From assembly GCA_025201805.1 (NCBI GenBank), contig MU619277.1, positions 65,828 to 129,827 of the forward strand: DNA of 64,000 nt. The letters run 5' to 3'. This stretch comes from Parasitella parasitica NRRL 2501. Lineage: Eukaryota > Fungi > Mucoromycota. The position numbers and the translations under genes are program-made. Each line of letters starts with the position of its first letter. Within the stretch, counting starts at the first letter, position 1. Of this stretch, positions 13,915-26,710 are shown piece by piece. The notes under the pieces are model-generated. The model saw only the letters and a program-made list of their open reading frames with translations. It had not been told where the DNA came from and made no database searches.

Positions 13915-14136
13915 AAACTGTTTTTGCAGATAAGTTTTGATAAAGACATCGCCATGTGGAACCCAAGTTATGCTCAAATAGCGATGATCATGTCTGTTCT
14001 TATGGCGCATAAAACAGTGTTTACTTTGCTCTTTATCGAAGCCTATCATGGATTATATGCAATTCTGATATGTAAATTTGTGATATCATCTGATAACTTT
14101 ATAGATATCGATGAAAACATTGATACCAATATTGTT
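13915..14136. repeat. Dispersed ~200-bp repeat, copy 1
   Basis: Shares blocks tttgata.agacatcgcc, tatgctca.atagcgatgat, cttatggcgcataa.acagtgttta and gataacttt.tagata with copies at 14253 and 56566. Confidence 0.85.
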
Positions 14137-14252
14137 GCCAGGTAGCGCCAGATCAACGCTAAGTTTTCCAAGTTAGATCGTGGTTCTATGGTTATTTTAT
14201 CACAAGTTATGAGCAAATAGTATCTGTTATTCATAATAAATAATGAAAAATA

Positions 14253-14465
14253 AAACTGTTTCTGCAAAATAATATTTGATAGAGACATCGCCCATTGGAA
14301 ACCATGGTATACTCAGATAACGACGATCATGCCTGTTCTTATGGCGCATAAGATAGTATTAATTATGCTTTTTATTGGAACCTATTATCAGCGATTATAT
14401 ACCAAAAGTTGTGGCTCCTGCTGATAACTTTCTAGATATTGATGGGGACATCGATACAAATGTTA
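14253..14465. repeat. Dispersed ~200-bp repeat, copy 2 (direct, tandem-like with copy 1)
   Basis: Same ordered blocks as 13915-14136. Confidence 0.85.
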
Positions 14466-15688
14466 TTTAAACTAATTTTAGCATCTATATTTTATGTTTT
14501 ATTTTTTTAAAAAAAACAGTATTTGAATTGTTGTATCCATACAAAGTGTCTACATATGTCTTGTTTCACTTAGTTATAAAGCACGGATATTGGTAATATC
14601 AATTGTTGGTAATTCTTTTGCAAATAAGGAATAAGCTACAAGTTATATACGGTATAACTCAACCTCTTGCAAGGTTCTAGGCTTATTCAAGGATTCCATT
14701 AAGATCAGATCGCGGGATGTCGGGAAGACATCTTACCCAATCTTCTCTTTAATGTAAAATATAAGAACAGGTCTGTTCCTGGAAATGCTGTGATTTAATA
14801 TAGTGTTTGGCACTTCTTGTCAAACATCAAATGTCAAGTGGACAAACATTGATTAGGATAAATTTTAGAGATCATATCTAATGTCAATAAAAGTCTTCAA
14901 TTTAGTATCTGGTTTTATTCAGAGAAAGTCTTATTACTTCTTTTCATATAACATTTACACAACATTTTGCTGCGCCCTTTTACATTGGCACAACATGAAT
15001 TATTCGCCTTAGTATGTTATTGCCTTTATTATTATTCTTAGCACTATGCCATGTCCTCGAATATGTATCATTATTATTCAATTATAGTTAAATCTTATTT
15101 GACCAGGTGATGATATTTAGATAAAAGTTCGTTACTACTCATAGATAGTCTGGTAAAATAATGCTTGTTCTTGCTATAATATGTATCTGGTAAATATGAA
15201 AGATCTACAAAATGCGACTTGAATTCAAAAATATTGATAAATTTCAATTATAATCGGTAAAGCCTTTTGACATATAGGCGGTTTGAGGTTTTTTCTTCGT
15301 GACGAAAATATCTTGATTTTCCTCGAGATCCGTATAAGTTTGCGTCTTTTTCCGTTATTTTATTCAAAAATAATACATCATATCCTCATGTTGTTTGGCC
15401 TGTTTTCTGTGTACTCTCAGTAACCCTTCGTTTTCGTATTTAACATAACTATATGTCTTCTAGAGGACTTACAATGTTCATGTTATTCAATAATTGTAAC
15501 AAGGTCTCATACAACAATCAGGATGAGCAACATTTATACTAGATGTTATGTTACAGGAAGAGGTATACCTGACAGCCCCCCACAAAGCGGAATATTCCAT
15601 GGAAATGTGCTTCGGCTGAAGAAATAAACGATGCGTCAACAATACAACTATTTATAAAATACAATGTTTATTTATTTATGGTATGCAG

Positions 15689-17733
15689 CTATGCTAAAGT
15701 AGCGGTAGTTTGAGATGTGTTTGTGGAAGACATGGCAGGTGATTTTGTATTTGTTGTGGTGGATGTTTCAAGTCTACTGGTATTGTGCTCCTCAACACCT
15801 ACTAATTTGAGTTGTGGAGAATCAAGCTCATCCAGAGCTTGTTTTGCTGCCATTAATGTTTGTTCTGATGGCAAATCAATCAATGACAAGTTTGATGTCG
15901 TTAAAGAAGATGATGACGAAGAGGATGGGGACATTGTCACACCACTATCAAGTTTTTGTTGTGCTTCCACTTTTTGCAGCATGTTTGTCGTACAGACTGC
16001 CACAATGTCGTTTTGTAAGTTTGCCAATTCCTCATCCATGGGCTATAAACTATGAGTAAAGTTTGGTTCTTAAAAACAAGATACTGCTACACTTACTGGG
16101 ATATTAATGTCTAAGAAGGTCAGAGTATGATTCATCTTTATGGAAATGGCAAGGGCTAAGACACCAGCCATGTCAATGTCGGGATTCTTTGAGAGGTCCA
16201 ATCTACAAAGCGAAGTGTTCTCAGGAAGTGCTTCAGCTAATGCGATGGCTGTGCTAGAACCAAGTTGCGTTTCAGATAAGTTTAGGCTTTGTAAACATGA
16301 ATTACGAGTTAAAGCATTCTTTAATGCCAAAATCTACATTTTTATATCCCACAAAATAAATCAGTACTGTCAAAGAGCTAAAAAAAAAAAAAAATAAAAA
16401 AGAAACTTACGCCCTCATCACTATCATGTCCCAGAGGATTTATTGATAGATCTAGTTCTTCCAAACGATGATTATCTCCAAGTGCGTTTGACAATAGCGA
16501 TAGTCCCTCATAATTTATCTGACAGTCAGACAGATTCAAATGTAATAAACTGGTATTATTTCTCAAAACTGTTGCCAATGGTGCCAACATTAAATTCAGT
16601 TGATTTCCAGATAAATCTAGATCCTTGATCCCATCTAAGCGAGGGGCCACAAGATTAGCGACCCATGTCCCTTGATTTGGTACAAAATAATTGTTGCGTA
16701 AGGACAAAGTCTGCAAAGATGTGGCTTTATAGATGCCTTCCGAAAACGATTGAAATGTTTCTGCTGGTGGTTTTATATGACAATTATCTAGTACCAGCTT
16801 CGATAGTGTAGTTGCATGCTGTAGCCCTTGTGCCAAATATTGCATTCCCTTTTTCTCCAATGTACATCCTGACAAGTCAACAGATTGAATTGTTTTGGAC
16901 TAGGTAATTGATTAATTTTCTACTCCCCCCCCCCTCTCTCTCTCTTCTTTGCAAATAAATACCTCTTTAATAAAGATCGCAATGTATTTGTACCCTTTTG
17001 ACTTGAAATTGTTTTGTGATAGATTCAAATGTTGAATTGTGCCACTCACTAACAAGCTACATAGTATAGTACGTACAGCCTATTATATTTTAGCTTATAT
17101 GTACATATGAATACACTTGCGTCTTCTTACTTCATCTTCTAATTTGCAATTCGATAAATTCAACCACTCAAGGCCAAATTTAAGTATGAAAATATCAGAT
17201 AATGGTCCTGCCTGATGAACTGCGATTGGTTGCATGGATAGGTCTATGGCCAGCAATTGCGATGTGCTATCATCCGTAATAAGTTTGTATAATAATGTGA
17301 TACTGCAAAATCATGTTTACCGGCTTTTCCTTAAAAGACTTCTGAAACGATCTATGCAACCTTCTTCTCGTTGAATACAAGCATGATCGTAATGGTTAGC
17401 CAGGTCTGTAACTTGTTGCGATTGTTGTCTAGTAACAGTATTGCTCTTTTTTTTCTCATATACTTCATCTCTAGGTTTGTCATTTGAATAGAATGGATGT
17501 TCGATTATGAGGTTGCAAACAGAAAAAGTTACTCTTTTCAATTCTTGCTTAGCTAGCAATAAAGGATTATCTCCATCATTTTCCTCTTGTGAAATATCTG
17601 TTTGCGCATATATTTTAGACTGTAATCGGGACAGCCATGAGCTTCTTGGTGACGTTATTGTTGCTATCATATTGTCTTTACAGTTGATATTGTTTTCTGG
17701 ACGATATTTCAAGATGCTCTTGGGCTTGTTCAT
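15689..17733 (-). CDS. RNI-like leucine-rich-repeat protein with SILK and RVxF motifs (PPP1R37/MHP1-like PP1 regulatory subunit), multi-exon
   Basis: N-terminal KPKSILKY and LKRVTFS; repeated LxxLxLSxN units (LQTLSLRNN, LDLSGNQL, LHLNLSDCQI, LEELDLSINPL, LCRLDLSKNP) across GT-AG-separated exons. Confidence 0.82.
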
Positions 17734-19212
17734 TTTGTTTTAGTGGAAAGAAAAAAGGAAATAAAGAATCCCGATGTTTTTCAATAAGCGGTTTTTATTT
17801 GCCTGGCAATGTATGTGCAAATAATGCTCATATACGTAAAAAAAAAAAAAGGGGGGGGGGAGGGAAAGAGCATGTAAACTGTCCAAAAAAAATACTCTTG
17901 GTACATAAAAAATACACACAGACATAATTGCGATCAATTTCTTCCTCATTTTTATTAAATACCTTTGATTTTTAATATCTTTTTTTCATTTCATCCTTTC
18001 GTTAAGCGGAGTCGCTTTGGGTCTTTGTGTAAAAGATAGACTCAATAATTGGGTTATTTCAAGGAGATATTATATATTGTGGTCAAGTGAAAGGAGAAAC
18101 ATTCAAAAAGGAAGTAAGAAGGGTTCAATGCTAATGGTTTTTCTTGGCTTTGTGTGAACTTTAATAACGTTTTTGTACAAGATACTTTGTAGCTTAATCT
18201 TCATGTAGTAGAGTAATCTTTTCAGGCACCACGTAACACAATGAAGCTTGTTAATCCTGCATTTTGTTGGTCTTCAGGGTAATACTATCCTCAACGTTAA
18301 AGCAAGTTACAGCCATGTTAACTGCTATATATCCTAATCCTTATATCTTTGTTTGGATGTGTTTATGAGATTATGATATTGTAAGCACTAGATCACTAAA
18401 ATGTGAATGATCCTGGCTTAATACCCCAGCATCAAATCTCTTATGTGTGCAGAATTCATAGAAGTCCGGTATACTGCTTGGTTAATTAAAATTACTAAAG
18501 TGATACCACTTAAGAGCTTCTCGGGTACATATTTTCAATCTTTAGGGTAAAGATTGATTGAATCGAACTACCTTATTTTTTTTAAAAAAAATAATAAAAA
18601 AAATAGAACTTAATACGTCGTGCTTCTGCTCAAGCTACCAGTATATACTCAAAATGTATAAAATCAGCTACCTTTGCTAAAGCAAATATGATGACTACAT
18701 AGCGAGTAAAACATGAGATTTGAGAAATGGGAAAGTATCTAAATTAAGGTACCATACATCTGCATTGAGACTGCATTTGCATGAATGTAGTGCTTACAGT
18801 TTCACGGTTTTACCTTGGCTCTATTATATAAGCAATCCTGATACGATGTAAATACTAATTGCTTTAAGTAACACCTTGATATATAACAAATAAAGACATC
18901 GAAAACAGATGGGTAGGTTAATAAAACAATTTTCCATGTTATCTTGCTTAAGCTTTATAGTTTCGCAGCAATGAATAACGAAGTAGGCAAGATACACTAA
19001 AGCAAAAATTATTAATTGTATTACTTGATGGCTTAGTTTATACCATTATATGTTTCTAACAAAATCAGTCTTCAATGGGATCTACACAAAATCTAATATG
19101 AACGGTTTCTTTTTGTTTTTAGATTAACAATAAATATACAATAATACCATGATTACATACCGAATTCACTAATTCCACCCATAAGAAACTGCTGCGGTTT
19201 TATTCTGTATGA

Positions 19213-21102
19213 TTAAACAATTTTTGGATACATATTTGAATTGTCTGCACGGAATACATCCGGTAAGAGATTATTTATAAAAGACGCAGGTGTCACATCA
19301 GTACCAGCTTGAGGAAAGAAGTAAAAAAACAAGAATATGCCCCAAAAGATAATTTGCAACCAAAACAAATGTTGGGAGGATCTTGAAGAGAAAAGCTCAT
19401 CTTGCTCCAGAGAAGCTTGTTTGTTAAACTCAATCTTTCTTGGTTTAGGTGTCATTCCAAAGCTTTTGACGACTTGATCTGATGTTAATTTACTTCCTGC
19501 AAGGACAATAGGAACACCGGTACCTGGATGCGTACTATAGATGCGTATGAAATATTTATTAATATATATTTTGTTTTTATAGTGTTTGATACGCGGAACA
19601 TACCTAGCACCCACAAAGAAAACGTTGTCATAGCGACCAGTAGAGTCCTTGGTGCTTGGGCGGAACCACAGCACTTGAAAAATATCGTGCGATAAACCCA
19701 ATATTGAGCCTCTCCAAAGATTAAACTTGCTTTGCCACACACTAGGGTCGTTCACTTGTTCGTGTTCAATCAAATCAGCAAAATCAGACATGCCTAAACG
19801 ATGTCCAATGACTTGCAACACCATTTTACGAGCCTTATCTACCATTTCAGGATAATTCTCATCGGAAGCATCGCCTGTTTTGCTCTTCATATGACCAATA
19901 GGGACTAACACGATGATAGAGTCCTTATCTTTAGGAGCAGCAGTGGGATCAATGCGAGAAGGCACATTGACATAAAACGAAGCTTCAGAGGGCATAGTAA
20001 AATTCTTAAAAATCTCATCAAAGCTTTCTTTATATGCTTCAGCTAGAAAGATATTGTGCACATCTAATTGAGGAACCTTGGCAGACATGGACCAATAAAA
20101 CGAGATAGAGGAAGAAGTCAACTTCTTGGAAGCCAAAGTATTTTGCGTCCACTTGCAGGGTGGCAAAAGATTATGATACGCATAAACAAGGTCTGCGTTA
20201 CAAACAACAGCATCCGCTTCAATGACTCGGCCACACTCTAACGTTACACCTGTGACATGTTTGTTGCCAATAACCGTGTTGATCTTGGAAACAGGAGAAT
20301 TATAGATGAATTCTGCACCATACTTGTTTATAGCAATGGCTTCCAGCTTTTGTACTACCATATTAAAGCCGCCACGAGGATACCAGATGCCTTCAGCGAA
20401 TTCAGTGTATTGCAGCAGGCTATAGACAGCAGGAGCATCGTAAGGAGACATGCTATAGACATGAGAAAGATGTCAGTACATGTATGATTGGCCTTAGAAG
20501 CGTCATATTACTCACCCCATATACATGGTTTGAAATGTAAATGCCATGCGCATCTTCTTGGTTTTGAAATACTTTGACGCACGATCATAAATCTTGTCAA
20601 ACAAGTGCAAACGAAAGATTACTGGTGCATATTTGATACGAATCATATCCCAAATGGATTCAAAATTTCTCTTGAGAGCTATCATGGTGCCGCTTTCGTA
20701 ATGAACATGAGTTTCTTTTAAAAAGTCGAGAAAACGACCAAAACCTAAAGGGCCTTCCACACGGTCCAACTCGGCCTTCATGCAAGTCAAATCAGAGGTC
20801 AGCTGAATAGAATCGCCATCATCAAAATGAACTTTGTAGTTGTTGTCACATTTCAGTAACTCCAAATGGTCTTGGATGCGCTCATCAATGTCAGCAAATG
20901 CGTCTTCGAAGTACTTGGGCATAAGATAAAGAGAGGGCCCCTGATCGAAACGATGACCATTGTGATGAAGCAATGAGCAGCGGCCACCGCTAAACTCATT
21001 TTTTTCCACCACGGTAACCTTGAATCCCTCACGAGCTAAGCGAGCGGCTGTAGCAGTTCCACCAACGCCAGCACCAATGATCACAATATGTTTCTTGGGC
21101 AT
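19213..21102 (-). CDS. carB: Phytoene dehydrogenase (desaturase), 3 exons
   Basis: FAD motif IIGAGVGG, RFDQGPSL, FTFQTMYMG|MSPYDAP, YPRGG and VGAS|THPGTGVPIVLAG. Introns 20453-20515 and 19535-19603. Confidence 0.97.
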
Positions 21103-21614
21103 TTGAAGACTTGGAAAATAAAGAAGAAAGGATCAAAAAAATGTTAAAAGTTTATATATACACGCAATATTGAAATCTTAATCTCATGTCAAAACTCTGA
21201 TGAGAGAAAGGAGGGTTTTTTTTATTTAAGCTATAAAATAACTGGGTATCGGAACAGTGTATTTTCAGGAGCAAACACAAACAAAAAACTTTGAGTCTAT
21301 GTATACAATACATGCAACTTAAAACGGTAAGTGGATATGCAGTTTTCATTGTCTTTGCATTATCAAATATTATTGTATAGAAAGGAGACATTTCGCATTT
21401 GGCAAATTTGGCTTCTTGAAAATAATATTCTCCTTGATAGTCAAAAATCTAGAAGAAATGCACACATAGCAATGGAATAAAAAAGCATATGGGCCAACAT
21501 TTTGTTGAGCCTTTCATCAGAGACTCCTCGCCTTTGTATAAATATGAATATCTATTTTTTTCTCGCATCTTCTTTTCTCACCCTCTTCATTACCCTCAAG
21601 TATACATATCAAAC
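21103..21614. promoter_or_regulatory. Bidirectional carB/carRP promoter (512 bp)
   Basis: Head-to-head ATGs at 21102 (-) and 21615 (+); TATA-like tataaa/tttatata near each end. The divergent layout is known for Mucorales car genes. Confidence 0.8.
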
Positions 21615-23524
21615 ATGGTACTCACATATATGGAAGTTCACCTTTATTACACAATGCCTATACTAGGTGTATTATGTTGGTTATCAAAGCCATATTTTAC
21701 ATCCATAGATTCATTCAAATTCAAGTTTTTGACATTTGTTTCTTTTACTACAGCCTCTGTTTGGGATAACTACATTGTTTACCATCGTGCCTGGTCGTAT
21801 TGTCCTACTTGTGTTGTTGCCGTTATTGGCTACGTACCTTTGGAGGAATACATGTTCTTTATCATCATGACCTTATTGACGGTCGCGTTTACAAATTTGG
21901 TCATGCGTTGGCATTTACACAGCTTCTATATCAAGCCCGAAACGCCAATAATGCAATCTATTTTGGTGCGATTTATACCTACGACGTGCTTACTGGCCAT
22001 TGCATACAAATCATGGGCAAGTATCATACGGACATCTATATGAATGATTGATGGTTTGCATGCTAATTTTGGTAACGATTTCATCAGTATTTTGCTGTCC
22101 CTGCAACATCGCTATTCTATGGATCTTGCATTCTATGGTATGTTTGTCCGGTGCTAGCGTTACTGTGGTTTGGTACTGGCGAATATATGCTACGTCGTCC
22201 TCTGGCCGTCTTTTTGTCTATTGCTGTGCCTACTTTGTTTCTATGCTGGGTTGATGTGGTGGCTATTCGTGCTGGTACCTGGCATATTTCTCTTGCTACA
22301 AGTACTGGGAAATTCGTTGTACCTCATTTACCAGTAGAAGAATTTCTGTTTTTCGCTTTGGTGAACACTATTCTGGTATTTGCTACCTGTGCAATTGATC
22401 GTTCTACGGCAATTCTTCATCTTTTCAAGGAAAAGAATCCCTCCCAATCTCAAAAACTGCAAAGCGAAATTTCATTGTGGCGACAGATGCTTGAGATGAT
22501 TTGGGCATTCTTTTTGACAGATCAAATGCTGAATTACGAGACGGTTCAAGATCTATCAGTAAGCTGGGACATTCTTCGAAAAGCATCTAGTTCATTTTAC
22601 ACTGCTTCTGCTGTTTTTCCGAACTATATCAGGCAGGAATTGGGCGTGCTATATGCTTTTTGTAGAGTCACTGATGACCTTTGCGATGATGAAACCGTCC
22701 TCATACAAGAGAGGCGCCAGCAACTAAAGACAATTCGCCAATTCGTCAATGATTTATTCGGCCAGAAGAGCAGCTCTCCTCATGTCATCGACTGGGACCT
22801 CTACAATGGCAAATTGCCTGATTCTTGCATTTCTGCTTTTAAATCGTTCACTCGTCTTCGCGATGTTCTGGAGGCTGATGCCATACATGAATTGCTGAAT
22901 GGATACAAGTGGGATCTCGATCGTCGTTCGATCTTGAATAAAGATGATCTCCGCCGTTACTCAGCTTGTGTTGCCAGCAGCGTTGGTGAAATGTGCACCC
23001 GTATCATATTGGCCCATTCTGACAATAAAAATACACGAAAAGAATCTCAATGGATTATCCAGCGTGCTCGGGAGATGGGGCTTGTCCTTCAATATACAAA
23101 TATCGCGAGAGATATTATCACTGATAGCAACGACCTTGGCAGATGCTACTTGCCACAAGAATGGCTCACAAATAATGAAATCAACTTGATCCAAAGCGGT
23201 GATGCTCGAAAAATAAGCGAACAAAGGTTACTATCGTTGTCGCAACATTTAGTTGCTCAGGCAGATGATTTGATGGTTATCGCCAACAAGGGCATTGATA
23301 GATTGCCAAGCCATTGTCAGGGTGGTGTTCGTGCTGCTTGTAATGTGTATACCTCTATTGGCATTCGGCTTAAATCATATAGAAATCATTATCCAACTAG
23401 AGCTCATGTCGGAAACCTGAAGAAGATGAAAATTGCTCTTCTTAGTGTCTACAATTTATACGCCCCTCCAATCACAGCAAAACAGAACAGACAAGGAAAA
23501 ATGAGAAATCTGAACACCATTTAG
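21615..23524 (+). CDS. carRP: Bifunctional lycopene cyclase/phytoene synthase, 2 exons
   Basis: [13 protein letters not shown]..., cyclase motifs WDNYIVY and VPLEEYMFF / LPVEEFLFF; synthase motifs [18 protein letters not shown] and [10 protein letters not shown]...GRCYLP. Intron 22017-22087 (GC-AG). Confidence 0.97.
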
Positions 23525-23670
23525 GTTTGTGTAAATGCCGTTATTGACACATTTACCCTTATATATAAACGATGTGGATTCAGAAGAATCCCAAATTCTA
23601 TTTTAAAAACCCCTTTTCTGGTTAATAAAAGTAATGAGCTTCTTTTTTTCTCTCTATTTATATACAATTC

Positions 23671-24609
23671 ATGAATAAACATAGCAGACATCCCAATTTA
23701 CCTTTACTGTCAACATTATTAATACCAGATCCACCCGTTATAGTTGTTAATGCTAAATCAAACTATCCGAATCACCATATAGATTATAAATTATCGCCAT
23801 TATCTTCACCTATCGACTCAATTTCATCAAACTGTTCGTCTTTACCGTCGCCAAATCTGTTGGCAGTAAATCAATCTTCTTTTTTGCCTCCATTGCAAGG
23901 CGATGATCCACCTAAAAGACTAAAAAGGTATCCTTCCATCTCAAGCATTGCTTCAAATAGTTCTTTGTTATCTTTAAATACTAAGCCCACGCTATGGCAC
24001 GTTTCAGCGCCATCACTGTCACCCTTAATGCCTTCCATAAAATCGCCATCGCCGTTCTTACCTTTTTCATATTTAGCGGCAAGTGAGCAACAAGAGGAAT
24101 TGCCTCTTTTGTCTCCTACCATTTCTCAGCAAGATCATAGACCACTACCACCATTGCCTCCATCTACTCAAACCATAGTAAACGAAGAGGGCAAAACTAT
24201 TCTTAAGCGCAGAAGAGGCAGACTACCAAGCTTAAGGGAGCCTTCTTTAGAAGGTGGATGGACTTTTCTGACTCCAACTGTATGGGATGTCAAGAGTCAG
24301 CAGCAAGTATCTCAAAATCCAGATGTAGAAGAGCCTCAGCCTTCAATGTCCGTAAACAACGGCGCTGTAGCTACATTCTCAAGCTCTGATGTGAATATGA
24401 CATTACCAATCTCTAGAAAGAAGCGGGGTAGAAAGCCCAAGACGCACATTGTTGGGAATTCGTGCTTTGTGTGGAAAGACATTTCTGTTACTAGAAAATG
24501 CTCAAAAGTAATTAAACTGGCTCAGCAGCAACAAGATGTTGAGCATCCACCTATTACTGCGACTAGACTAAGAAAAATCGAAAAAGCTCCTCCTACTCCT
24601 AATATCTGA
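23671..24609 (+). CDS. Pro/Ser-rich putative nuclear protein with AT-hook-like basic motifs
   Basis: 312-aa ATG-started ORF with KRRRGRLP and RKKRGRKPK motifs plus a short ordered segment GNSCFVWKD. Confidence 0.7.
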   Translation: MNKHSRHPNLPLLSTLLIPDPPVIVVNAKSNYPNHHIDYKLSPLSSPIDSISSNCSSLPSPNLLAVNQSSFLPPLQGDDPPKRLKRYPSISSIASNSSLLSLNTKPTLWHVSAPSLSPLMPSIKSPSPFLPFSYLAASEQQEELPLLSPTISQQDHRPLPPLPPSTQTIVNEEGKTILKRRRGRLPSLREPSLEGGWTFLTPTVWDVKSQQQVSQNPDVEEPQPSMSVNNGAVATFSSSDVNMTLPISRKKRGRKPKTHIVGNSCFVWKDISVTRKCSKVIKLAQQQQDVEHPPITATRLRKIEKAPPTPNI

Positions 24610-24834
24610 TAAATATATATTTTATTTATTTATTTAATCAAGTGATGAAGTGTTTTGATTACTCCAATTATTTATTTATTGCAACACTAAGCATTTGTAC
24701 GATAATAAACCTCTTATTTTATGCCATAACCAACATTCAAAACACAAGTGTGTGACCGTACTAACAACCACTGACAGTAATAAACCCGGGATCCTTTGTT
24801 TTTTGTTTGACCCATACGCTCAACTCAAAAGAAG

Positions 24835-25821
24835 ATGAACAGCACAGCAATCAAAAGATGTATTCCCACTTGTGCTAGATCCATTAGGAGCTATTCCTCG
24901 AAGGCTGTGAATATATCCTTTGATAAATTCTCTTTAAAGCCCTCTCAGGAATCTCCCGTTTTGATTTGTCATGGATTATTTGGCTCCAAGCAAAATTGGT
25001 CATCACTTGCCAAAGCCATGAGCAATAGACTAACAAGAGATGTTTATACAATCGTAAATTTCCTTTATTAGATGTTTTTTCTATATTTACCATACATGCA
25101 TCTTTTTAAATTAGTTGCTTTAGGATCTTCGTAACCATGGTGACAGCCCGCATACAGCAGAACACACCTATAATGCTATGACTGAGGATCTCAAAACATT
25201 CATAGATAAACACAATATCAAGCAACCGATTTTGTTGGGTCATTCTATGGGAGGAAAAGCCGTGATGAATACGGCATTACAATATCCTGACCTAGTTTCC
25301 AAGTTGATTGTAGTCGACATGCCTCCATTGGCCATGAAACTCGCCCGTAGTTTCAGCAATTACGTTACTGCAATGAAAGCCATTGAGACAGCTAATCCTT
25401 CCAAGCAGAGCGAAGCTGACAAGATCTTATCTCAATATGAATCCAATGTAGGGGTGCGCATGTTTTTATTGACAAACCTCAAGCGCATGCCGGATGGTGC
25501 TTTACGTTTCCGCATCCCTTATGATATTTTAGGAAATTCATTGGATAACATTGGCGGCTTTCAGATTCCTGAAAATGCATTTTATAAAGGTGAAACTTTG
25601 TTTATCGCAGGAGGTGAAAGTCCTTATCTACCTCCTTTTCATGAGAAAGAAAAGCAGATCAAGCATTTGTTTCCAAATTCAAGATTAGAAGTAGTTGCTG
25701 GTGCTGGGCATTGGGGTAAGTTTTGTTTTTCGTTCGGTGATTTTCACTAAATCAAACGGATATAATAGTTCATGCGGAGAAGCCAGACGCTGTATTGAAT
25801 CTGATCACATCATTTGTATGA
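24835..25821 (+). CDS. Mitochondrial alpha/beta hydrolase, ABHD11/IMO32-like, 3 exons
   Basis: Arg-rich presequence, HGLFGSKQNW, DLRNHGDSPH, nucleophile GHSMGG and AGHW|VHAEKP; stop at 25819-25821. Confidence 0.93.
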
Positions 25822-26122
25822 TATTGTTGTGTGGTGGCATGTGCCATATAGTCTCATTGCCCCATATATTAGTCAGACAGTCAAAACACTCCCCCCCCCC
25901 CACTATCCAAATATTATATAATTTATATTTTATCCAAAAAAATTAACAATGGTCTTTATCCCATTAACCATTAGTTTTGGTAACTTTGCTTATATCTCTG
26001 TTGCGTGTTATAAATATTCGTTATTGAATAATCGCTTAGTTTAAATCCTATATCAGGTAAATATCGGTTCACGCAACAATATAGAATAAAAATAAGAAAA
26101 ATTGTTTCTTAATATTCGATTA

Positions 26123-26400
26123 AGAGCATCTCCAACGGAGATGGTAAACGAAAAGCCATTTAAAGCACCCTTTTTTTTTAACAACCCGAAAATTTTTTGT
26201 CTGCTTTTTTGGCAGTGCTAATTTGAGACGAAAAACGTTTATTGAGTTCATATGACATTATTAAGTTTCTCCACACCTTTTTTCTTAAAAAATCTTGCAT
26301 GTTTTTGCATAATACCTTAATTTCAAGATTTAAGCTTTTTGCTATCAAAAATAACCTTATTCAAACCTAGTATAAATATCCTCAATTACTTTTTTACTTA
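26123..26400 (+). mobile_element. Left end of a PIF/Harbinger-type DNA transposon (orphan TIR; right boundary uncertain)
   Basis: TTA|AGAGCATCTCCAACGG at 26120-26138 matches the typical Harbinger/Tourist terminus with a TTA target site. No matching right TIR was seen in the window. Confidence 0.5.
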
Positions 26401-26710
26401 TAAATCTTTTACTGGTGTAATTGTCTCTGCTTGCTTACTGTTGCTTTGCTTTTTTGTCTCTGAAGCTCTTTGAATTACTCCCTTGGCTCTTGCATCCATT
26501 GTATTCTCTTTTACTATTTTACTCTTCTCTTTTCTTCTTTATGCAAAGTCATTCTACTTACAAAACAGGAGCTGGTGCTCACTACTTTTATTCAACCCAC
26601 ATTTATATATTTCATACTATAAACCTCACAATTCTAATATTAATATGAGCATTCAGGACAGAAATACTGGCCATTTTAAAAAATGTTAATAAAGTTTGTA
26701 TAGATAGTTA

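Noticed and set aside
13915-14465. CRISPR-like array interpretation of the direct repeats
   Set aside because: Units are ~200 bp, diverged and only two in tandem; no short repeat-spacer periodicity, and the DNA is eukaryotic.
24911-24925. ATATCCTTT, a U12-type 5' splice-site look-alike
   Set aside because: Lies in an uninterrupted ABHD11 coding exon with no matching branch point or AC acceptor needed.
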